DNA of 32,000 nt from Ignicoccus pacificus DSM 13166 (GTDB lineage Archaea > Thermoproteota > Thermoprotei_A > Sulfolobales > Ignicoccaceae). Below are positions 18,264 through 25,036 of this stretch, in pieces (position 1 is the first letter of the stretch; each line of letters begins with the position of its first letter). Under the pieces are notes generated by a model. The model did not search any database, had not been told where the DNA came from, and saw only the letters and a list, made by a program, of their open reading frames with translations. Location: contig CP006868.1 in NCBI GenBank assembly GCA_025340205.1, forward strand, positions 1,290,001 to 1,322,000. The letters run 5' to 3'. Made by a program: the position numbers and the translations under genes.

Positions 18264-21128
18264 TTGTATTATGGTGTGAATGTGAGATCAACACTATCCT
18301 TGTTGCTCTTACTCTCGCTGACATTCGCCCAGAGCTACCTAATGATCGTCCACAACCCAAATTCCCAGACCTTAACGAACTTCCAAGTTAGAGCGAAGCT
18401 CCCTGCAGATCTTCAAGGGAAAGCCCTTACCATCAAGGACATGAATGGCAATCCAGTTCCCTTCTGCTACGAAACGGCAACTGGAGAGTGCACCACCGAT
18501 CCAACTCAAGGAGATGGCTACGTATGGGTGAAGGTTCCTTCAATTCCAGCAAATGGAGATGCTAAGCTAGTTGTAGAGGTTGGAAGCAATGGAGCGGTGA
18601 AAGGGGATGAAGTGTTTGAGTTTTATGATGATTTTAATGAGGGTTATTTAGACACAAATAAGTGGATAAAGGTAAAGGATGAGGGAAACGAGATCGTTGT
18701 AAGGAGTGGGTACTTAAAATTAGAGGAAACGAGTGCCAATAATAACGGCGTCATACTGTCAACAGTAAAAAACTTTCCAGACAACATCGTGATAGAAGCC
18801 AGAGTAATAGTCAACTATGCCAGTACAGGTGACTTAGATCCGATGATCCACTTTGATAAGTATACGAATCCTCTCTGGAACCCAGATGGAAGCAATTATT
18901 GTCTTACCTTCTATTTTGGTGAAGATAGAAATTGGGATGGGGTATACCTTGGACTAACAAAAATTATAGACTTACCAAAACCTCCCTCAGGCACTCCTAT
19001 TACATTATACTTCATCCCCAAGTCCGGAAATATAAACGCATGCATCGGTACGTCTTGCGGTACATCTTCAGTAAAACATAGTTGTAATTATGAAAACGTA
19101 ATACTCATGATAAACATGTTAAGAGATGACGGTAAAACATATTTGTTAGTTGACTGGATCCATATTCGTAAGTACGCCCCCATCGAACCAACGGTAACCT
19201 TCCAAGCCTACGGAGGCTATCAAGCCCCCTCAACCGTTACCGGAATGAGCCAAGTGTGGAGCTACGATATAGGCTCAAGCGTGGAGGCCCTGGCCTTCTC
19301 GGATAATGGAAATCTCGGGGCCGCTTCCGTGGACCGCTGCGCTTACGTCTTCGACCAGAGCGGTAACCTCTTGAACAAGGTCTGTGGAGACGACTGGATG
19401 AACGACATCTCCTATGCCAACGGGAAGTTCCTGGCGGACAACTACGACAACTACCTCTACGTAATGAGCGAGCGAGGCACTTTGATCAAGAAGCTCGAGG
19501 TAGGGGAGAGCTACGATGACGGAGTTACCGCCTTCTCCCAAGGATTTATCGTCTGCGACGATTATTGTGCCTACTACAACTGGAACTACGAGAAGATCTG
19601 GGATACCTCGGTGGGAAGCAACACCCATACCAGCGGTCCCGCGATAGCTAAGGGCTACGTTTACGCTCTAGCGGTGGACAGCGGCAAAGTGAAGATAATC
19701 TCCCTCTCCAGCGGGAGCGTGGAGGGAAGCGTTACCTTAGATGGAGATGCCTACGACGTCGCCGCTTGCGGGAACTACTTGGCTGCTGCAAGCCAAGACA
19801 AGCTCTACTTGTACTCCTTGGACGATCCAACTAGTCCTACCTTGCTCTGGACGAAGGACATTAGCCTAGGGGATGCTGACTACCGCTCCTTGGCCTTCTC
19901 GCCCAACTGCAAGTTCCTGGCCTTGGCTGACACAAACAACGATCAAGTAGATATATTCAACGCGAAGACGGGAGCTATCGTTTACACAAAGGACTTCGAC
20001 AGGCCCACAGCCGTCGCTTGGTGGAAGGACGAGCTAGCCGTAGCGCAGAAGGACGGCTCGATCTACGTCTTCAGGCTAGAAGGATTCAAGGGCCCCGCCT
20101 ATTCTCCTACACCCAGCTCTTCTACGATCACCGGCCTAACTCTACTATGGAGGCACGGGTTCAGCGGAACGGCTGATGCTGTAGCGATAGCTGACAACGG
20201 AAACGTAGGAGTTGCCAATTACGACAACTGCGCCTACGTGCTGAGCAAGACCGGCTCCGTGCTAGGCAAGTACTGCGGAGGGGATGACGTGGACGACGCC
20301 TCTTACTGTTGCGGCAAGTTCGGCTTCGCTGACATAGACGACTACGACTACTTCTTAGACGTGACCGGCAACTACCTAAAGGCGATACATGTAGGAGATG
20401 ACTACGACTTCGCCATAACAATGCTTCCCAACGGCTTCATAGCTTGCGACGATTACTGCGGCTACTTCACCTACTCCGGAAGCCAGATCTGGAGCACGGA
20501 GCTTGACGGAGAGGCTAGGAACGGCCCAGCGGTCTACAAGAGCTACGTCTACGTTCCGGACTACGGAGAAGACGAGGTAGAGATACTTAGCTTGAGCGAC
20601 GGAAGCGTTCTCAACAAGATGAGCTTTAGCAGCGCGGTCCACGACGTTGGAGTCTGTGGGAAGTACTTGGCCGTGGTTACCAGCAACAAGCTGTACCTCT
20701 ACAAGCTAACCGATCCGACCGACCCTACCTACTTGTGGAGCGTTGGAAACATTTACATAAACGACGAGTACAGCCAGAACTTGGCCTTCTCTCCAGATTG
20801 TAGGTACGTAGCGGTAGCGGATACCGGAAACAGGGCCTTGAAGATTTACGATATCCAAGGGAACTTAGTCTTGAAGAGGAGCTTCCCTGACCCGGTGAGA
20901 GGGGTGGATTGGAGAAAGGACTGGATAGCGGTGAGCTCGGGATACTACGTGTACCTCTTCAAGGTGGAAGGGTACAAGCCCCAAGGGGCTCCGGTGACCA
21001 AGGCACAGATGACTACAGTTACGAACACGGTCACGGTGACCAAGAGAGTAGGAGGATTGTCCACCAATATAATAAAAGAGATAACGAAATTGCCGAGGGG
21101 CAACGTTACGTGGACCATACCGGGTTGA
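18264..21128 (+). CDS. Large secreted protein D: signal peptide, DUF2341-like + LamG/ConA-like head, two tandem Cys-rich propeller-like modules; no TM anchor
   Basis: The 954-aa ORF more likely starts at the GTG at 18282 (MRSTLSLLLLLSLTFAQS). LTNFQVRAKLP...GYVWVKVPSIPANGDAKL...VFEFYDDFNEGYLDTNKW resembles DUF2341 followed by a LamG-type domain. The two modules span 19245-20100 and 20135-20985. Confidence 0.8.
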   Translation: MYYGVNVRSTLSLLLLLSLTFAQSYLMIVHNPNSQTLTNFQVRAKLPADLQGKALTIKDMNGNPVPFCYETATGECTTDPTQGDGYVWVKVPSIPANGDAKLVVEVGSNGAVKGDEVFEFYDDFNEGYLDTNKWIKVKDEGNEIVVRSGYLKLEETSANNNGVILSTVKNFPDNIVIEARVIVNYASTGDLDPMIHFDKYTNPLWNPDGSNYCLTFYFGEDRNWDGVYLGLTKIIDLPKPPSGTPITLYFIPKSGNINACIGTSCGTSSVKHSCNYENVILMINMLRDDGKTYLLVDWIHIRKYAPIEPTVTFQAYGGYQAPSTVTGMSQVWSYDIGSSVEALAFSDNGNLGAASVDRCAYVFDQSGNLLNKVCGDDWMNDISYANGKFLADNYDNYLYVMSERGTLIKKLEVGESYDDGVTAFSQGFIVCDDYCAYYNWNYEKIWDTSVGSNTHTSGPAIAKGYVYALAVDSGKVKIISLSSGSVEGSVTLDGDAYDVAACGNYLAAASQDKLYLYSLDDPTSPTLLWTKDISLGDADYRSLAFSPNCKFLALADTNNDQVDIFNAKTGAIVYTKDFDRPTAVAWWKDELAVAQKDGSIYVFRLEGFKGPAYSPTPSSSTITGLTLLWRHGFSGTADAVAIADNGNVGVANYDNCAYVLSKTGSVLGKYCGGDDVDDASYCCGKFGFADIDDYDYFLDVTGNYLKAIHVGDDYDFAITMLPNGFIACDDYCGYFTYSGSQIWSTELDGEARNGPAVYKSYVYVPDYGEDEVEILSLSDGSVLNKMSFSSAVHDVGVCGKYLAVVTSNKLYLYKLTDPTDPTYLWSVGNIYINDEYSQNLAFSPDCRYVAVADTGNRALKIYDIQGNLVLKRSFPDPVRGVDWRKDWIAVSSGYYVYLFKVEGYKPQGAPVTKAQMTTVTNTVTVTKRVGGLSTNIIKEITKLPRGNVTWTIPG
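19245..20100 (+). repeat. Propeller-like module copy D1 (intragenic tandem duplication, protein level)
   Basis: VWSYD..VEALAFSDNGNLGAAS..RCAYVFDQSGN..VCGDD...IVCDDYCAYY...ACGNYLAA..KLYLYSL..AFSPNCKFLALAD..VAWWKDELAV..SIYVFRLEGFKGP aligns with D2 and with ORF A. Confidence 0.8.
20135..20985 (+). repeat. Propeller-like module copy D2
   Basis: LWRHG..ADAVAIADNGNVGVAN..NCAYVLSKTGS..YCGGDD..SYCCGKFGF...IACDDYCGYF...VCGKYLAV..KLYLYKL..AFSPDCRYVAVAD..VDWRKDWIAV..YVYLFKVEGYKPQ. By eye it is roughly one third to 40 percent identical to D1. Confidence 0.8.
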
Positions 21129-21149
21129 TCGCCCTTCCTTCATAAACAA

Positions 21150-21155
21150 TTTTTT
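21150..21155 (+). terminator. Oligo-T tract downstream of protein D
   Basis: A TTTTTT run lies 22 nt after the TGA at 21126-21128. Confidence 0.35.
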
Positions 21156-22104
21156 ACATGTCCTCACTTTTCGTTGTCCTTCAACCTACAACCCTTCACT
21201 ATCTATCTCTCCTTACCTTGCCGCTGAGGTATGCTATTTCCATAACCTCCCTTGGGCAAAAATATAGTGAAGGAGTTGTACTTCGAAATGATCGAAGGGA
21301 GGATCAAAAACCCTGAGAGGACCTCGTTGAGGTCGAGCAACCTATAGAGAAGGTTATTACTTGTCAGCGCGTTCTGAGTTCAGCTTACTTTAAAGAAAGG
21401 TGACTTTCCAAAGTATATAACATTAAAATACTCAGAGACGAATTAAAGAGCGACCTTGGCTTAAGCGACGAGGTATGAGAGCTAGCTTGCAGGTTGATCC
21501 GCTATTTCATTTCTCGCTGTCCGGACCTCATTAAGAAGTCACTGAATGAAATTATTGAAAGGAGACCGTGAATGCGGAGGAAACTGAAAGACTGAACCTT
21601 AAGATAGAGGTATCTACCGCATCGCTTACAGAGGAAAGCTCCGAGCGAAAGATGGAGGAGAACGTGGCGCTAAGGGATGCCAGCAAGCATTTGATTAAGA
21701 TCGTTTAGGGTCTCGTGATTTTTCATAAAGAGATTCCGTCGTTCTTCACTTCGCTTCCATGTAATTTTATCCAAAGTACTACATCGATGGCGTTAGGTGT
21801 GAAAGCTTACGTTTAGCTAATGGCTTTTATGTTACTGGGTAACGATGGATTTCTCCGAAACCTTCCTGTCACGTAGCTAAGAACTAAATCAATAGTAATA
21901 GTCTCAGGAACGGTAATCCTAGAATTAAGAGTAGATAACAAGGTCACTTATAGAGCAGCTATTGAAGGTGGGAACCTACGCGGTACGCTCTAACGGCTTG
22001 GAAAAGGAAATCAAAAGAATGTGTTGACGTAAAGGAAATTGTAAAAGTGGAAGATCGGCTAAAACATACGAGAGCGTTGTTACAAGTTTGACTTGATTGG
22101 AATG

Positions 22105-22635
22105 TTAGACACTCTCCAACACCTTCCTCAAATCCTCATCCAAATAGTTCCCAAAGTGCTTATCCATGATCTCTTTCCACTTCCTCAGTAACCTCTTCAA
22201 GCTGTCCAACGCTTCCTCCTTATCCGCTGGTCCTCCCCATAATCCTTCGGGATCTGGACCGTTGTACTGGTAGGTATGCAAATAGAGTGCCTTGTCAGTC
22301 CAAGCGCTTATGTCCTCTAACCCAATATCTTCCAACAAGGAGCTTAGGACCCTAAGCTTGGAACTAGGAGCATATATTCCCTTCTTTAAGAACCACTCTT
22401 TCTGCCTTTCATCCTTCAATAATTGCAATATTTCCTCCTTCTTCAAGTAAAGTAAGGCAGAAATTAGATCCTTCCAAGATTGGAAGGCTTTCCCACAAGC
22501 GTTCCTGATGAGACCCTCCTCAGCTAGCTTCTTCGCTAAGAAGGCCTCATAGATGGAATCTTCTATTTTCTTTTTGATGAAGTTGTCCTTTGCTGGCTCC
22601 TCAAGCTTTTCCTTTGTCTTCTCCAAAAGGGACAT
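22105..22635 (-). CDS. PaREP1-like helical protein, paralog of 11853-12407
   Basis: EEGLIRNACGKAFQSWKDLISALLYL, FLKKGIYAPSSK and ALYLHTYQYNGPDPEGLWGG are colinear with the ORF at 11853-12407. Confidence 0.6.
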   Translation of the reverse strand: MSLLEKTKEKLEEPAKDNFIKKKIEDSIYEAFLAKKLAEEGLIRNACGKAFQSWKDLISALLYLKKEEILQLLKDERQKEWFLKKGIYAPSSKLRVLSSLLEDIGLEDISAWTDKALYLHTYQYNGPDPEGLWGGPADKEEALDSLKRLLRKWKEIMDKHFGNYLDEDLRKVLESV

Positions 22636-23147
22636 CGAGTAGCTCCCTTATAGAGTAAAGGCTTTGAAATGTTGAAAAGTTCCGGAGGTTAAACTAAATA
22701 GAAATAAAATATCGGAGTTTGAGTTGGAATTATCTATTGATTTATAATCGATTATAATTACTTTAATTACTCCGTAGTTTTGATAACCGTAACGTATTCA
22801 TTGTTAGGTGAGGATGTCGCAAGTCTTAACAAGTATGGAGAAAGTAACGCTTTTGAGGGGTGTGGGCGTAGAGTGCCAAAGAAGTTTATGTTAAACTTAC
22901 TCTCTAATCGCCACTCTTAATAATAAATCCCAGATCTCTACATGATCATTGAATCCTCATAGCGAACTTGATAGCTTGTATCCCTTTAGCCGCTGAACTT
23001 CCTCTTAAACTAGGTACCCCAGATTGTGCCCCGACCTCGTCCCAGAGCCCTTCCATCGATGATGAAAGATCCTCTGATGAGCAATGCACTTGGTTCAAAA
23101 CTTTGAACTACTTCCTCTCCTTAAATCATTCAATGAATCCTTAGATC

Positions 23148-23693
23148 GTGGGTGGTGGAATGGAGCGAATTGGCGAAGTTCTGGAAGCTTTGAAGAGAGT
23201 TGAGATCGAGCGGTTGAGCGCTATGGCCTACGCCTCGTGGGTTCCCCTAGTAGCTCTGGGGAGCTTCCTAAGCGCCCTCACCGGCAACCCAGCCTTCTCT
23301 CAGGGGCTTTGGGGCTTGGGATTGATCCCCTTCGTTTGGACCGTGAGGAGGCTTAACAGATTGGGGAGGGAGACCAGAAAGTGGAACGGAAAGCTCACCG
23401 TAGCCCTAGCATCAGCCCTCGGAACTTCCCTCGCTTTGGCCAAAATACCGTTGCTCAGCTTAACGATAGCTACGATAGCCATAATCATTGCAGTAACCCT
23501 AGCCAGGCCGAGAGTCTCGTGGATAGAGCTGGTTACCGTAGCTCTGATCGCTCTCTTAACGAGCTTAGGTTCCCAAAGGTTAGGAGCTTGGGAGGCGTTC
23601 TCCAGTGCCTTCGTGATAGGGTTATCCTTCGCTACGCTGGCCCACTTAGCCTACGGAGTGTACGAAGTGGTGCCCTATGTTGAGAGAGATTAG
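23148..23693 (+). CDS. Multi-pass membrane protein, unknown function
   Basis: Four to five hydrophobic helices are visible (WVPLVALGSFLSALTG, LWGLGLIPFVW, LTIATIAIIIAVTLA, LVTVALIALLTSLG, FVIGLSFATLAHLAYG). The probable start is the ATG at 23160. It overlaps the downstream wHTH gene by 17 nt. Confidence 0.55.
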   Translation: MGGGMERIGEVLEALKRVEIERLSAMAYASWVPLVALGSFLSALTGNPAFSQGLWGLGLIPFVWTVRRLNRLGRETRKWNGKLTVALASALGTSLALAKIPLLSLTIATIAIIIAVTLARPRVSWIELVTVALIALLTSLGSQRLGAWEAFSSAFVIGLSFATLAHLAYGVYEVVPYVERD

Positions 23694-23952
23694 GAGCGTG
23701 AACTGCTTAGTAGTGCTGATAGCGGTCTGCGTTAGGGGCTCTCTGAGCTTCTCAGAGGTACTAAAGCTAACCAAGTTGAACAAGTCGACGCTCTGGGAGT
23801 GCTTGAGAAGGTTGAATGAAATGAATATGGTAAGCAGCAAGAGAGTCTTGACCATTGCGGGACCGAGGGTTATAGTGGAATGTGAGGAGGAGGGTTACAC
23901 CGTCTTAAGGGAGCTTAGAAGCGCCCTGGAGGGGAGCGAGTTCTCCTCTTAG
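23677..23952 (+). CDS. Small winged-helix (ArsR/MarR-like) DNA-binding protein
   Basis: GSLSFSEVLKLTKLNKSTLWECLRRLNEMNMVSSKRV forms an HTH plus wing pattern. The ORF is 91 aa. Confidence 0.55.
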   Translation: MLREIRSVNCLVVLIAVCVRGSLSFSEVLKLTKLNKSTLWECLRRLNEMNMVSSKRVLTIAGPRVIVECEEEGYTVLRELRSALEGSEFSS

Positions 23953-24196
23953 GTCCTCCGCATTTCTCATTCAAAGCCAGAAGCTTCTTATGATCGTTCC
24001 CTAAGGGGTTATGCTTGCTTCGACGGCGTTAAGGAAGGACAAGAACTAATGGAGTTCACTTATGTTTTTCTTTCCTTGCCGTGATTATGATCATGTTTTC
24101 TAAAGAGGGGAGTCGATTTCCGAGTATCGATGAACTACACATCTCGAGAAGGAAATATTACTTAAGGCTCGGAATCTCGTATTACGGGATGCCCGC

Positions 24197-24421
24197 GTGA
24201 GCGTAGTCATTAGCGTTAGAATACCGAAGAAGCTTAAAGAAGAGATGGACAAGCTTGACGTGGTATGGAGCGAAGAGATAAGGAAATTCTTGGAAATGAG
24301 AGTTAATGAGTTAAAAAAGAAGAAAAAGCTCGAAGAGGTAAAGAGGATTCTCCAAGGCTTACCTGAGTCTCCTAAGAGCGTCGCCACGACCCTTGTGAGG
24401 GAGGACCGTGATAGTCGTTGA
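24197..24421 (+). CDS. vapB: RHH-type VapB-like antitoxin
   Basis: The N-terminus VVISVRIPKKLKEEMDKLDVVWSEEIRKFLE is typical. It overlaps the downstream PIN reading frame by 14 nt. Confidence 0.7.
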   Translation: MSVVISVRIPKKLKEEMDKLDVVWSEEIRKFLEMRVNELKKKKKLEEVKRILQGLPESPKSVATTLVREDRDSR

Positions 24422-24821
24422 TGCAAACATAATAGCGAGTTACATCCTCAAGGAAGAAGGATGGGAAAGGTTAGACGATGTAATGCTGAGAGGGATTACT
24501 CTCGACTACGCAATGAAGGAAGTCGCTAACGCTATATGGAAGTATTGCAAAGTAAGAGGAAGAATAGACGAAGCTTGAGCATCAGCGCCTTGTAAGCCGC
24601 TGAAGGTGCTCATGGGAGACGTGCTTCTAGTTAAACCTCAAGAGGAGTATTTGGACGAAGCGTTTCAAATAGCGCTGAGATACGGGATCACCGTCTACGA
24701 TTCTCTATATTTAGCCATGGCATTAAAGGAAAAGATGCCCATAATTACGTTTGACAAGAAGCAAACCCGAGGCTATCGCTTACACTTTCTCTTAACGAAC
24801 GACATCACGCCAAGTACTTAG
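24408..24821 (+). pseudogene. vapC: PIN-domain VapC toxin interrupted by one in-frame TGA (24576-24578)
   Basis: A GTG at 24408 opens MIVVDANIIASYILKEEGW...RGRIDEA, which ends at the TGA. The same frame continues ...LLVKPQEEYLDEAFQIALRYGITVYDSLYLAMALKEKMPIITFDKK. I counted codons by hand, and 24408 and 24606 are in the same frame. Confidence 0.7.
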
Positions 24822-24917
24822 TATCTAACCAAGAAGTGAGTGTTGAACATCTCCTTGTTATGAGGACGTGTGGATTTTGGATACCGACACTTTTGGGAGA
24901 TAAGGAACTTCGAGGAT

Positions 24918-24994
24918 TGGTGGGCCCGCGGGGATTTGAACCCCGGACTACCGCCGTGTCAGGGCGGCGTCCTTCCGGGCTAGACGACGGGCCC
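24918..24994 (-). tRNA. tRNA-Val (anticodon GAC), CCA encoded
   Basis: I folded the cloverleaf by hand on the reverse complement. Acceptor stem is GGGCCCG/CGGGCCC and D stem is GTCT/GGAC. Anticodon stem is CCGCC/GGCGG with loop CTGACAC. T arm is CGGGG-TTCAAAT-CCCCG, the discriminator is A, and CCA follows. Confidence 0.95.
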
Positions 24995-25022
24995 GCTTCC
25001 GTGACGGTGGAAGGATAAGAGG

Positions 25023-25029
25023 TTTAAAA
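25023..25029 (-). promoter_or_regulatory. TATA box of tRNA-Val
   Basis: TTTTAAA on the minus strand lies about 29-35 nt upstream of the tRNA 5' end, between the stop of the TROVE gene and the tRNA. Confidence 0.4.
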
Positions 25030-25036
25030 GCTTTCT

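Noticed and set aside
8929-18391. Opposite-strand or off-frame ORFs inside the giant surface-protein genes (8929-9117, 10496-10792, 13562-13747, 13817-14152, 14312-14548, 14984-15190, 15757-16011, 16310-16555, 17099-17332, 17369-17758, 17933-18391, 18060-18248)
   Set aside because: They are the complements of Thr/Val-rich coding sequence, which lacks stop codons on the other strand. They are entirely nested in longer ORFs that have coherent signal peptide, domain and anchor architecture.
19275-21167. Minus-strand or off-frame ORFs within protein D (19275-19628, 20161-20421, 20376-20642, 20865-21167, 20909-21145)
   Set aside because: These are Arg/Ser-rich translations typical of antisense G+C-rich coding DNA. 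The + strand frame carries the conserved duplicated module.
23057-23100. Possible C/D box sRNA (ATGATGA at 23059-23065, then CTGATGA at 23074-23080)
   Set aside because: The spacer between the boxes is only about 8 nt, the D' and C' boxes would overlap, and no terminal CTGA D box follows at the expected distance.
24576-24578. In-frame TGA in vapC as programmed recoding (selenocysteine or read-through)
   Set aside because: No reason to expect Sec in a PIN toxin and no obvious downstream structured element. A simple nonsense mutation is the more economical explanation.
24836-25018. 60-aa + strand ORF
   Set aside because: It overlaps the hand-folded tRNA-Val gene on the opposite strand and has no coding features.
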